Below, one piece after another: positions 31,554 to 41,188 of a stretch of DNA of 64,000 nt (its first letter is position 1; the number at the start of each line of letters is the position of its first letter). The notes below the pieces were generated by a model, which was given only the letters and a program-made list of their open reading frames with translations, was not told the origin of the DNA and did no database searches. This stretch comes from an uncultured Acidimicrobiaceae bacterium (lineage in GTDB: Bacteria; Actinomycetota; Acidimicrobiia; Spongiisociales; UBA5794). The position numbers were made by a program, and so were the translations under genes. The stretch is from contig CAYQEC010000001.1 in the NCBI GenBank assembly GCA_964416425.1, positions 149,696 to 213,695 on the forward strand, given 5' to 3'.

Positions 31554-33218
31554 CTACTCGCCGTCGCCGGGCGCCTCGACCTTGGCGAACAGCGGCACTG
31601 GTTCGCCGAGGGTGGTACCCGGGGTCACGGCCCGCCGCTCCCAGGCCGGCTGGCGTTCGGGAACGTCGAGCCCCAGCGTGGCAAAGACCCGGCGGGAGGT
31701 GACCGGCAGGTAGGGGGCGAACCCGGCCGCCAGGCCGGCGATCGCCTGGATCGCCACGAACAGGGTGGTGCCGGTCCGCTCCAGGTCGGTCTTGGCCGTC
31801 TTCCACGGCTCCCGCTCCGACAGGTACTGGTTGGCGGCCTGGGCCCCTCCGAGCACGGCGCCCAGCCCGGCCCGGAGCTGCACGGCTCCGATGTACTCCC
31901 CCGCCGCCGTGAGGGCGGCGTCAACCGCCTCGAGCGCGGCCCGGTCCACCTCGTCCTGCGGTCCCGCCTCGGGCACGACCCCGACGAAGTAGCGGTGGGT
32001 CATCGCCACCACCCGGTTGACGAGGTTGCCCCAGGTGGCGACCAGCTCGTCGTTGATGCGCCGCACCAGCTCGGCTTCGGTGATGTCGACGTCGGAGGTC
32101 TCGGGGAGGTTGGCGGCGAGGGCGTAGCGCAGGGCATCGGGCTCGTAGCGCTCCAGGGCGTCCCCGATGGTGAGGCCGACCCCGCGGCTGGCCGAGGCCT
32201 TGCCGCCCTTGAAGGTCACGTACTGGTTGGCGGGCACGTCGGTGGGCAGCTCGAGCCCGCCGTAGCCCATCAGCATCGCCGGCCAGATGATGGTGTGGAA
32301 GGGGATGTTGTCCTTCCCGATGAAGTAGTAGTGGGCGGAGGCGGGGTTCTCCCACCACTGGCGCCAGGCCTCGGGCCGGCCGGCGTCCTGCGCCCACTCC
32401 TTGGAGGCGGACAGGTAGCCGATCACGGCGTCGAACCAGACGTAGATCTTCTTGCCGGGACCGAGATCGTCCACCGGGATGTCGACGCCCCAGTCGATGT
32501 CGCGGGTGATCGCCCGGTCGTGCAGGCCCTCCGCGATCCAGCCGAGCGAGAAGTTGAGGACGTGCTTGCGCCACCCGGTCCGGCTCTCCAGCCACTGCTC
32601 GAGCCGGTCCGAGAAGTCGGAGAGCCGGAGGTAGAAGTGCTCGGTGGCGCGGGGCTGGGGGGTGGCCCCGCTGAGGCGGGAGCGGGGATCGACGAGGTCG
32701 ATCGGATCAAGGGTGCGGCCGCAGTTCTCGCACTGGTCGCCGCGGGCGTGTTCGTAGCCGCAGTGGGGGCACGTCCCCTCCACGTAGCGGTCGGGCAGGA
32801 AGCGCCCCGCCTCGGGATCGAAGAACTGATCGGAGGACCGCTTGTCGATGTAGCCGTTCTCGAGGAGGCGGAGGAACAGGTCCTGGGTGACGGCGTGGTG
32901 GTTGGGGGTCCCGGTGGAGGTGAAGAGATCCCAGTCGAGCGCCAGGGCGTCCCATTGTTCGAGGAACTGGTGGTGGTAGCGGTCGACGATGTCCTGCGGC
33001 TCGACCCCCTCGTCCTCCGCCCGCACCGTGATGGGGGTGCCGTGCACGTCCGAGCCGGACACCATGAGGACCCGGTTGCCGATCGCCCGGTGGTAGCGCG
33101 CGAAGATATCCGCCGGCAGGTAAGCGCCGGCGAGGTGTCCCAGGTGGCGCGGGCCGCTGGCATACGGCCAGGCCACAGCCACCAGGATGCTCCGGGAGTC
33201 AGCGCGCGAGTCGTCCAA
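31554..33218 (-). CDS. metG: Methionine--tRNA ligase
   Basis: AWPYASGPRHLGH (HIGH-like), SGSDVHG, Zn-knuckle CPHC...CENC, YVWFDA, GKDNIPFH, KASAS. TTG 33218 sits 8 nt after a TACCAT -10. Confidence 0.95.
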   Translation of the reverse strand: MDDSRADSRSILVAVAWPYASGPRHLGHLAGAYLPADIFARYHRAIGNRVLMVSGSDVHGTPITVRAEDEGVEPQDIVDRYHHQFLEQWDALALDWDLFTSTGTPNHHAVTQDLFLRLLENGYIDKRSSDQFFDPEAGRFLPDRYVEGTCPHCGYEHARGDQCENCGRTLDPIDLVDPRSRLSGATPQPRATEHFYLRLSDFSDRLEQWLESRTGWRKHVLNFSLGWIAEGLHDRAITRDIDWGVDIPVDDLGPGKKIYVWFDAVIGYLSASKEWAQDAGRPEAWRQWWENPASAHYYFIGKDNIPFHTIIWPAMLMGYGGLELPTDVPANQYVTFKGGKASASRGVGLTIGDALERYEPDALRYALAANLPETSDVDITEAELVRRINDELVATWGNLVNRVVAMTHRYFVGVVPEAGPQDEVDRAALEAVDAALTAAGEYIGAVQLRAGLGAVLGGAQAANQYLSEREPWKTAKTDLERTGTTLFVAIQAIAGLAAGFAPYLPVTSRRVFATLGLDVPERQPAWERRAVTPGTTLGEPVPLFAKVEAPGDGE

Positions 33219-33348
33219 GGACGGCGATGGTACCAGTCGGGGGAACCGACACTCCGTCGGTTCGCTGACCGGGTACACTGCCCCCTGCAGATGGACACCG
33301 GCCGGCGGGGACGAGGCCGAAATCGGTCACCAAATGGAGGTACCCGCC

Positions 33349-33582
33349 TTGGACACCGGCATGGTGCGCAAGATCGACGACCTGGGTCGGATCGTGATTC
33401 CGGCTGAGACCCGTCGACTTTTCAACATTCGTGAGGGGGATGAACTGGCGATTTCCGTGGATGATGACTCGATCATCATTCGCAAGCTCGAAGCCACGTG
33501 CGTGTTCTGTGGCTCGACCAAGGATGTCAGCCCCTTCAAGGGACGCGGCGTCTGCGCCGTGTGCCACGGCGAGCTGAGCTGA
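33349..33582 (+). CDS. abrB: Firmicutes-type AbrB transition-state regulator with C-terminal CxxC...CxxC
   Basis: GGAGG RBS then TTG: MDTGMVRKIDDLGRIVIPAETRRLFNIREGDELAISVDDDSIIIRKLEATCVFCG...CAVC. Confidence 0.88.
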   Translation: MDTGMVRKIDDLGRIVIPAETRRLFNIREGDELAISVDDDSIIIRKLEATCVFCGSTKDVSPFKGRGVCAVCHGELS

Positions 33583-33587
33583 GCCAG

Positions 33588-34436
33588 TCAGGCGCCGGGC
33601 TCGGCCCGACCCCTGGACGCCAGTACCCGCTCGTAGAGTTCGCGTCGTCGTAGCCCGGTCGTCATGGCGACCTGCCGTACCGCCTCGGTCATCGAGGCCC
33701 CTGCGGCGATGACTTCCTCGGCCGCTTCGACTGCCGCCGCCCAGTTCGGGGGGGCGGCAGTGGCTCCGCCGATGACGAGGGTGAACTCGCCGCGGGCGGC
33801 TTCGTCGGAACTCCACCGCGCCGCACCCTCGCCGAGCGTGCCTCGCCACAGCTCCTCGAACTGCTTGGTGAGTTCGCGGGCCACCACGATCTCACGGTCG
33901 GGATCGAGCGCCGCGGCGAGGTCGGAGAGGTCGCGGCCGACCCGCGCCGTCGCCGCGAAGAGCACGGTGGTGCGGCGTTCCGTCGCCAGCTCGGCAAGCC
34001 GCTCCGCCCGGGCCGATCCCCGCCGCGGCAGGAAGCCCTCGAACACGAAGCGGTCGCTCGGCAGGCCGGAGACGGCGAGGGCGGCGGTGACCGCGCTCGG
34101 CCCGGGGACGACGCTCACCTCGGCGCCGGCATCGAGCGCCGCCCGCACCGCCACCAATCCGGGGTCGGAGATTCCGGGCGTCCCGGCGTCGGTGACGAGG
34201 GCGACGGTGGCGCCACTGGCGAGCCACTCCGACAACTCGGCGGCCCGCCGCTGCTCGTTGCCGACGAAGAAGGAACGCAGCGGCCGCGACACCCCGAGGC
34301 TCTCCAGCAGTCGCCGCGAACGGCGGGTGTCCTCGGCGTAGACCACGTCGGCGGCGGCGAGCGCCTCCCGGAGCCGGGTCGAGACGTCGCCGAGGTTGCC
34401 GATCGGGGTGGCGCAGAGGATGAGGCGGCCGGTCAC
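33588..34436 (-). CDS. rsmI: 16S rRNA C1402 2'-O-methyltransferase
   Basis: ATPIGNLGDVS, AEDTRRS, DAGTPGISDPG, FEGFLPR, ARELTK, RGEFTLV motifs. Confidence 0.96.
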   Translation of the reverse strand: MTGRLILCATPIGNLGDVSTRLREALAAADVVYAEDTRRSRRLLESLGVSRPLRSFFVGNEQRRAAELSEWLASGATVALVTDAGTPGISDPGLVAVRAALDAGAEVSVVPGPSAVTAALAVSGLPSDRFVFEGFLPRRGSARAERLAELATERRTTVLFAATARVGRDLSDLAAALDPDREIVVARELTKQFEELWRGTLGEGAARWSSDEAARGEFTLVIGGATAAPPNWAAAVEAAEEVIAAGASMTEAVRQVAMTTGLRRRELYERVLASRGRAEPGA

Positions 34437-34440
34437 GGGG

Positions 34441-34767
34441 TCAGGATAGGGAGCGGCGGCCCATCAGCCGCTCCCCCACCGCCGGGACCGGATGCCCGGC
34501 CGGGAGCTCGAGCACCCAGGTCGCCGCCGGGAACACGAGGACCCGGCGCGGGTCGAGGCATCCCACTCCGGTGACGGCACCGGCCCGGTCGATCATCACG
34601 ATTTCGAGCCGGTCCCGCAGCCCGAAGCCGTGGACGCTTCGGGTCCGCAGCAGCAGGGCCGGCTCCCGGCCCCGGCTGCGCCTGCCTCGCAGGCCGCGCC
34701 AGCGGGCCGCCACCCCGGCGGCGAGTCGGAGCGGAGGTGACGTCCAGCCCGACGCCAATGACTGCAA
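34441..34767 (-). CDS. Short DUF192/UPF0127-like protein
   Basis: R.RGL, SVHGFGLR..LEIVMID, VLELPAG motifs; start uncertain. Confidence 0.65.
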   Translation of the reverse strand: MQSLASGWTSPPLRLAAGVAARWRGLRGRRSRGREPALLLRTRSVHGFGLRDRLEIVMIDRAGAVTGVGCLDPRRVLVFPAATWVLELPAGHPVPAVGERLMGRRSLS

Positions 34768-34819
34768 CGTGACGTTTTCGGCCGGCCGCGCCCGTGACCG
34801 TGGTACCCTCCCGTCCGCA

Positions 34820-34903
34820 ATGGCAACCAAGAAGAAGCGCAAGCTGCGCGCCCGCCGCTCCAAGGCCAACCACGGCCGTCGCCCCAACGCCGGCCGCGGC
34901 TGA
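34820..34903 (+). CDS. 50S ribosomal protein bL37-like small basic protein (27 aa)
   Basis: MATKKKRKLRARRSKANHGRRPNAGRG; the SKANHG(K/R)RPN motif recalls mycobacterial bL37; TG-n-TACCCT -10 just upstream. Confidence 0.82.
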   Translation: MATKKKRKLRARRSKANHGRRPNAGRG

Positions 34904-35007
34904 GCCGCGCCGAGGCTCTCTCCCCTTCCCGTTTTGTCGCCGCCGGTGGTCGTGACGCGTCCCGTCATGCCGCCGACCGTATCCGGCGGGGCCTGCGGGG
35001 AGAAGAC

Positions 35008-36339
35008 CTACGGCACGATCATCTGCGACCGGACCGCCGCCCCGAGGGTGCGATCGGTGGCGGCGACCATGACCAACCCGTCGCCGATACGGTTGATGAA
35101 GGCGTAGCCGTTGCCCTCGTCGAAGAGGAGCCCGCCGCCGAAGTCGACCCCGGCACCGGCGCCCATCACGGACCGGACGTGCTCGACGAGGGCTTGGGCG
35201 AGTTCGACGGCATCCTCCTCGGAGTCGCCCCGGTAGGCGACCGCGAAGGCCACGTCGTCGGCGTCGAAGAGGACCTGGTAGGCGTCCCCGCCCCACCCGT
35301 CGACGGCTTGGGTGAGCACGCCGGGCGAGACGGTGTCCATGAGCAGCAGCCGGAAGCCGAGCTCGCCGAAGCTGGATTCCTCGTGAGTGGTGTAGCCGTC
35401 GACGGCCAGACCGAGCGGGGGCACGGTGCGGATGGTCTCGCCGGCCTGGTAGCGCTCCGGATGGAGGATGTTCTCGGTGGAGGTCGGCGGCGCCGCGTAG
35501 GCCTGGTCCACCGCGGCGATGCCGCCGGTGGCGACGAGCTGCCCGACGAAGGATTCCCCCGCCTCGTAGGGGAAGAAGAGGCTGGAGACCACCCAGTCCG
35601 GGGCCGACGCCAGCACCGAGGAATCGACCTGCATCGCTTCGACCGCCAGCTCGAGCTGATCGGCGAGCGGCAGGTCCTGGATGTAAACGTACTGGAAGTA
35701 GGTGGCGTCTCCCTCGACGAGCGCCTGGAGGGCGTTCACCTCGTCGAACCGCTCTTCGTCGACCAGCTCGTCGAGGGTGTCGGAGAAAGCGAAGTGTTGA
35801 TCGCCGAGGGCGTGGACCAGCTCGTGGATCACGGTGGAACGATCGACCACGCTGAGGTCGTCGCGGTCGCCGCCCACCACCAGCTCGCCGCTGTCGCCGT
35901 CGTAGAAGCCGGCGACCTGCTCGGTGTAGAGATCGAGGTAGAGCTGCTCCAGATCGACCCCCGGGTCGAGGATGCCGAGGAGCCGGAACACTCTGGCGTC
36001 GACCCCCAGCCCCTCCGAGTCGAGCTCGTCCTCCAGGTCTGCTCGCACCCGGGCGGCGAAGGCGTCGCCGCCGAGGATGGTCACGTCGGGTTCGTCGATG
36101 AACGAAAGCCCGCGCAACTCCTCGGTCTGGTCGACGAGGTCGGCGATCTCGCCACGGAGCCGCGAGATGACGTCGTCGGAGACGTTGGGGTCGTCCGGCG
36201 TGGTCGTGGTGGTGGTCGTGGAGGTCGTCGCAGCCGGCGTGCTGGTGGTGACGGCGCCCCCCGAGGTGCAGGCGGGGAGCACCGTCGCCACGACGGCGAC
36301 GAGTACGAGCCAGCGGCGGGGGCGGGAGGTTCCGGCCAT
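35008..36339 (-). CDS. Lipoprotein with Thr-rich linker and gluzincin-type Zn-metallopeptidase motif
   Basis: Lipobox VLPAC, poly-Thr linker, AGFYD, HELVHALGDQHF plus downstream EGDA. Confidence 0.75.
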   Translation of the reverse strand: MAGTSRPRRWLVLVAVVATVLPACTSGGAVTTSTPAATTSTTTTTTTPDDPNVSDDVISRLRGEIADLVDQTEELRGLSFIDEPDVTILGGDAFAARVRADLEDELDSEGLGVDARVFRLLGILDPGVDLEQLYLDLYTEQVAGFYDGDSGELVVGGDRDDLSVVDRSTVIHELVHALGDQHFAFSDTLDELVDEERFDEVNALQALVEGDATYFQYVYIQDLPLADQLELAVEAMQVDSSVLASAPDWVVSSLFFPYEAGESFVGQLVATGGIAAVDQAYAAPPTSTENILHPERYQAGETIRTVPPLGLAVDGYTTHEESSFGELGFRLLLMDTVSPGVLTQAVDGWGGDAYQVLFDADDVAFAVAYRGDSEEDAVELAQALVEHVRSVMGAGAGVDFGGGLLFDEGNGYAFINRIGDGLVMVAATDRTLGAAVRSQMIVP

Positions 36340-36390
36340 TCGGGGCGTCAGGGTACCGCCGGCTCCGCCTTGTGCCGCGCCTCTCGACGG

Positions 36391-37629
36391 CTACGGCGCG
36401 ACGACCTCACCCTTGCCCACCACGACCACACCGGAGTCGGTCACCGTGAAGCGGGCCCGATCCCGCACCGGGTCGACCCCGACACTGGCGCCGTCGAGCA
36501 CCTGCACGTTCTTGTCGAGGATGGCGTGCCTGACGACGGCGTGACGGCCGACGACGACGCCGTCGAGCAGCACGGAGTCCTCGACCTGGGAGAACGAGTG
36601 GAGCCGCACCCGGGACGAGAGGATGGAGCGGAGGGCGGTGCCTCCCGACACGATCACACCCGAGCCGACGACCGATTCGATCGCCGAACCGCGGCGGGCG
36701 TCGACGTCGAAGACGAACTTGGCGGGCGGCAACGAGGGGAGGTAGGTGTAGATGGGCCAGCGGTCGTTGTAGAAGCTGAAGATCGGGTCGACCGAGATGA
36801 TGTCCATGCTCGCCTGGTAATAGCTGTCGAGGGTCCCGACGTCCCGCCAGTACCCCCGCTCCCGCTCGGCCTGGCCCGGGATGTCGTTGTCTAGGAAGTC
36901 GTAGACGTAGGCGGCTCCCTGGGCGACGAGGGCCGGGATGACGTCCCCGCCGACGTCGTGGCGGGAGCCGTCCCCGGCGTCGGCGTCGACGGTCACGATG
37001 TCGCGCAGCACGGCGGCGTCGAAGATGTAGTTCCCCATCGACACGAAGGCGCTGGCGGGGTCGTCCGGCAGCGGCTTGGGGTGGGCCGGTTTCTCGGTGA
37101 AGGAGAGGATGCGGTGGGAGCGGTCGGCTTCGATGACACCGAAGGAGCTCGCCTCGGCGACGGGCACCCGGATACCGCCGACGGTGACCCCGGCCCCGGT
37201 CTCGAAGTGCTGGGCGAGCATCTGACGCGGGTCCATTCGGTAGATGTGGTCGGCGCCGACCACCATCACGTGATCCGGCGCCTCGTCGGTGAGGATGTTG
37301 AGGTTCTGGTAGATAGCGTCGGCCGAGCCGGCGAACCAGTGGGGGCCCCGCCGCATCTGGGCCGGGACCGGGGTGACGTAGTTGCCGAGCAGCGGTGACA
37401 TCCGCCACGTGAGCGAGAGGTGGCGGTCGAGGCTGTGGCTCTTGTACTGGGTGAGCACCGCGATCCGGCGGATGCCCCCGTTCACCAGGTTGGAGAGGGC
37501 GAAGTCGATGAGCCGGTAGATGCCACCGAAGGGGACCGCCGGCTTCGACCGGTCGCGGGTGAGGGGGTAGAGGCGCTTGCCTTCACCCCCGGCGAGAACC
37601 ATGGCGGTCACCTTGGCGTCAGCGCTCAT
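36391..37629 (-). CDS. glgC: Glucose-1-phosphate adenylyltransferase
   Basis: [46 protein letters not shown] motifs. Confidence 0.96.
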   Translation of the reverse strand: MSADAKVTAMVLAGGEGKRLYPLTRDRSKPAVPFGGIYRLIDFALSNLVNGGIRRIAVLTQYKSHSLDRHLSLTWRMSPLLGNYVTPVPAQMRRGPHWFAGSADAIYQNLNILTDEAPDHVMVVGADHIYRMDPRQMLAQHFETGAGVTVGGIRVPVAEASSFGVIEADRSHRILSFTEKPAHPKPLPDDPASAFVSMGNYIFDAAVLRDIVTVDADAGDGSRHDVGGDVIPALVAQGAAYVYDFLDNDIPGQAERERGYWRDVGTLDSYYQASMDIISVDPIFSFYNDRWPIYTYLPSLPPAKFVFDVDARRGSAIESVVGSGVIVSGGTALRSILSSRVRLHSFSQVEDSVLLDGVVVGRHAVVRHAILDKNVQVLDGASVGVDPVRDRARFTVTDSGVVVVGKGEVVAP

Positions 37630-37697
37630 CGTCGAGAATGTACCACCAGAAAGGCGGCCCCGGCTCCGGGGCAGGCCGGGGCGATAACATCGGTTGA

Positions 37698-38180
37698 ATG
37701 GGTATGGGCAACGAGTTCAACTTCCGCCAGAAGCCCCGCGGCCTTTTCAAGTGGCTGCTGCACGCCCCGGTGTGGATCTTCCGGGCCCGCCTCGGCTTCC
37801 TGCTCGGACGGCGGATCGTGATGCTGGAGCATCGCGGCCGCAAGAGCGGGCGCCTGCGCCGGACCCCACTCGAGACCGTGCATCGGCAAGGTGACACCTA
37901 CGTCCTGTGTTCCGGCACCGGCCGGAAGGCCGACTGGTATCGCAACCTCCAGGCCCACCCGGCCGAGGCCCTCTGGGTCGGGGCGAAGCGGTTCCCGGTC
38001 GCCCAGCGCTTCCTCGACGACACGGAGGCGGCGGCGGCATTCGCCACCTACGAGGCGGCGCATCCCAAGGCGGCCGGGCGCCTCACCGAGATGATGAGGG
38101 TGTCCTACGACGGGGCCGACGCCGGCCGCGTCGCCATGGTGGCGCAGATCCCGGTGGTGGAGCTGACGCTGCAGCGGTAG
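37698..38180 (+). CDS. F420H2-dependent (Ddn-like) nitroreductase family protein
   Basis: [16 protein letters not shown] and [10 protein letters not shown] motifs. Confidence 0.88.
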   Translation: MGMGNEFNFRQKPRGLFKWLLHAPVWIFRARLGFLLGRRIVMLEHRGRKSGRLRRTPLETVHRQGDTYVLCSGTGRKADWYRNLQAHPAEALWVGAKRFPVAQRFLDDTEAAAAFATYEAAHPKAAGRLTEMMRVSYDGADAGRVAMVAQIPVVELTLQR

Positions 38181-38188
38181 CGGGAGGC

Positions 38189-39061
38189 CTAGGGCGCCGC
38201 CGGATCGCGGTCGGAGGCACCCAGCCCGGCGGGCAGGGTGGGCCGCGAGGCGGATCGCCCGCCGGCCACTTCGACCACCTTGGCCGCCCCGAAGCCGAGG
38301 CCGAGCACCGCCGCTCCCCCGGCGGCGTCGAGCCAGAAGTGGTTGGCGGTCACCACGATCACCCACAGCGTCAGCCACGGGTAGACGGTGATCGCCGCCC
38401 GTGACCAGCGGTGACCGAGCCGGTGGCGCAGCGCGAAGAACGCCCACGAGGCCCAGGCGAAGTGGAGCGAGGGCATGGCGGCGTACTGGTTGGAGATGCT
38501 CTGCATCGTGCCGGAGTCGAACGACCAGAGCCCGCCGATGGAGGCCAGGCTGTCGACGTAGTGGTACTGCCCGAGACAGGCCCCATAAGCGCCGCAGTCC
38601 GGAAGGAGCCGGGGTGGCATCAGCGGGTAGAGCACGTAGACGACCAGGGCGAGCCCGGTGGTGAACGCCAGCGTGTTGCGCCACAGCGGGTAGTCGGAGC
38701 CGAAACGGCGGTAGAGCCACACCAGTACCCCGGCCGTCACGACGAAGTGCAGCGTGCCGTAGAGGATGTCCCACAGCTGCATCAGTACCCGGGCGCCGGC
38801 GAAGGCAAACGTCAGCCCGCCGCCGGAGGAGCTGACGAACCAGCCTTGGATCGTCGGCTCGTGGTAGAGCCCGAAGAAGCGCTCGATGTCGATGACCCTC
38901 CGGGCGTTGGCGAGGGCCTCGTCGGGAGAGACGGCCGCCGACCCGAAGTGGTTGCGGATGTACGAGTACACCAGGTAGAAGGCAAGGGCGTACAGCACCT
39001 CCCGCCACCACCACCTCCGGTTCGGCTCGGCGGCGGGGTACGTGTCGGGGCTGGGGATCAT
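38189..39061 (-). CDS. PAP2_3 / Aur1-Ipt1-like membrane phosphotransferase
   Basis: YPLMPPRLL, AAMPSLHFAW and ANHFWLD catalytic motifs; multiple TMs. Confidence 0.85.
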   Translation of the reverse strand: MIPSPDTYPAAEPNRRWWWREVLYALAFYLVYSYIRNHFGSAAVSPDEALANARRVIDIERFFGLYHEPTIQGWFVSSSGGGLTFAFAGARVLMQLWDILYGTLHFVVTAGVLVWLYRRFGSDYPLWRNTLAFTTGLALVVYVLYPLMPPRLLPDCGAYGACLGQYHYVDSLASIGGLWSFDSGTMQSISNQYAAMPSLHFAWASWAFFALRHRLGHRWSRAAITVYPWLTLWVIVVTANHFWLDAAGGAAVLGLGFGAAKVVEVAGGRSASRPTLPAGLGASDRDPAAP

Positions 39062-40050
39062 CCGACCGGTTCCCGGCCGAAGCGGCGGCGGGCGCCGAAG
39101 GCGTAGGACGGTGCCCCGAGCAGGCTGGTGACGGCGGTCATCGCCCACACGACGAGGCCGAGGGCGATCGCCTGGGCCTGCAGCACCCCGACGCTACGGA
39201 GCAGCCAGACGAGCATGAACTCGCGGACGCCGAGTCCCGAGATCGACACCGGGAGGACCTGGGCGATGAGCACGGCCGGGAAGAAGGCCATCATGGCGGT
39301 GAGGCCGACGTTGATGCCGAGCGCCTGGGCCGTCATGAAGGCCGCCATCACCAGCACGAGCTGGTAGACGAACCCGGCCCCGATCACCAGCAACATCGCC
39401 CGGGGACGGTGGCGGAGCCGGACGATCCCGAGGTGAATAGCGTCGATGAACCGCTGCCAGCCTGCCCGGCCCGCGAACCGGCCGCCGAACCGCTTCACCG
39501 CGGCGGCGGTCAACAGCATCATCAGCAGCACCAGGGTGGTGGCGGCGATGAGCAGGGCGATCTTGGTCTGCGCCCCCAGGCCACGAAGCACCGGGTTGAG
39601 ACCGAAGCCGAGCAGGGTGATGAGGGGAAGCACCACCCATCCGGTGAGCCGATCGAGCACGACGCTTGCGAACGACGACGGCGAGTCCCCGGTGTCGCGG
39701 GCGAGGCGGGCCACCCGCACCACGTCCCCGCCGATGGTGGTGGGAAGGGCGTTGGAGAGGAACTGACCGGCGAGGAAGTGCGAGAGCAGCCGCCCGAAGC
39801 CGTCGTGCAGATCCAAGGCGCCGACGACCTGCCGCCACCGCACGGTGGAGAGCATGAAGCTGCCGATCAGCATGAGGGCGGCGCCCGCCATCCACGCCAG
39901 GCGCACCGTGGTCAGCCGCGGGATCACCCGGGAGGGAGAGAACTCGTCCCCGAGGCGCAGGAACAAGAACCAGAGCAGGCCGGAACTGAGCGCCACCCGA
40001 AGCGGCGTCGCCCAGTGCCTCCCGAAGCCCTCTCGAATCCGTATCGTCAC
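39058..40050 (-). CDS. Lysylphosphatidylglycerol synthase TM-domain (UPF0104, flippase-like) protein
   Basis: RWRQ, FLSNALPTTIGGDVVR, VVLDR, LPVSISGLGVRE motifs; ATGA overlap with the PAP2 gene. Confidence 0.85.
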   Translation of the reverse strand: MTIRIREGFGRHWATPLRVALSSGLLWFLFLRLGDEFSPSRVIPRLTTVRLAWMAGAALMLIGSFMLSTVRWRQVVGALDLHDGFGRLLSHFLAGQFLSNALPTTIGGDVVRVARLARDTGDSPSSFASVVLDRLTGWVVLPLITLLGFGLNPVLRGLGAQTKIALLIAATTLVLLMMLLTAAAVKRFGGRFAGRAGWQRFIDAIHLGIVRLRHRPRAMLLVIGAGFVYQLVLVMAAFMTAQALGINVGLTAMMAFFPAVLIAQVLPVSISGLGVREFMLVWLLRSVGVLQAQAIALGLVVWAMTAVTSLLGAPSYAFGARRRFGREPVG

Positions 40051-40212
40051 CGCACAGCCCTCTCGTCGTCTCCACGCCACGACAACGTCGGCCATGCGCC
40101 CGCGGGCCCGTCGCCCCTCTGCCCTGGGGGACCGATGGTATCTTCCACTCTACCGGGCCTGCGACTTGTGCCACCTCGAATCACCTTCCCCGTGCGGCGC
40201 GTCGTGGCGAGA

Positions 40213-41123
40213 TCACCCTGCGGGAAGGGCGCCTTCGGCTTCGAGGATGGCCCGTGCTAGATGCTGGCGTGCCTGCGGGTCGATCTGGCTCGCCACTTCC
40301 GGGTCCGTCTCGAGATCGATGTTGAGGGCGAATACCCAGGTGTCGGCGTCACGCTCTGCGATGCCAACCAGCCAGCCGACCTGCGGACTTCCCGACATCA
40401 CCGTTCCCGTCTTGTGCGACCAGGCCCATCCGGGACCCGATTCTCGCACCAGGATGTCGCGCACCGCCCGCACCACGCTGTCGTCGAATGGGAGATCGCC
40501 GTCGACGAGGCGAGTGAGGAAGTCGATCTGCTCCAGGGCGCTGATGCGGAGATCGCCGTCCAGCCAGAAGCGCTCGATCGGTCCGTCGATGTCACCGTTG
40601 CCGTAGTCGGCGGCGGTCACCCACTGCTGCATGGCCTCCCGCCCCACCTCGCGGGCCATGGCCGAGTAGACCCATACCGCCGACACTTCGATGGCGGTGC
40701 GGAGACTGTGGTCGCGGTTCCATACCTCGAGACCCCGATCGACGCCGTCCCACTTCACCATGGTGTCGACGTCGGGGAGGATGCCCGTCTGGAGGATGAT
40801 GAGGCTGTTGAGGATCTTGAACGTCGAGGCGGGAACGAACGGGGTCTCGGCTCGGCCCCGGTCGTGCACCTCGACCACGTCGCTCCCGATGCGGTGGAGG
40901 GCGAAGGTCCCGACCAGGCCCTCGGCTGCGAAGAAGCTCGCCCGTCGGGCCGCTCCTCGATGGCGAACTCAGGGAGGGCAGCATCGGTTCCCGTCTCGTG
41001 CTGCGCCGAGGGTGCGGCGGTGGTGTCGGGATTCGAGCCGGTCGATGGGGTCGTGCAGCCGGCGAGCAGCGACGCCGCCAAGCCAAGCCCGAGCCTCCAC
41101 CCCAACATCCGTCGCGCTGTCAC
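40213..41123 (-). pseudogene. Class D (OXA-like) beta-lactamase lipoprotein with an apparent 1-nt deletion near 40944
   Basis: STFK, SAV, YGN and KTG motifs in 40213..40878; the LLAGC lipobox lies in a different frame upstream; inserting one base restores ERPD(W)ASFFAAEGLVGTF. Confidence 0.8.
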
Positions 41124-41188
41124 GGGCGCCATCCTACGGACGGATGCCCAATAGTCGTCTCGCGGCGATCCCGGCCGGGACCGGCGGC

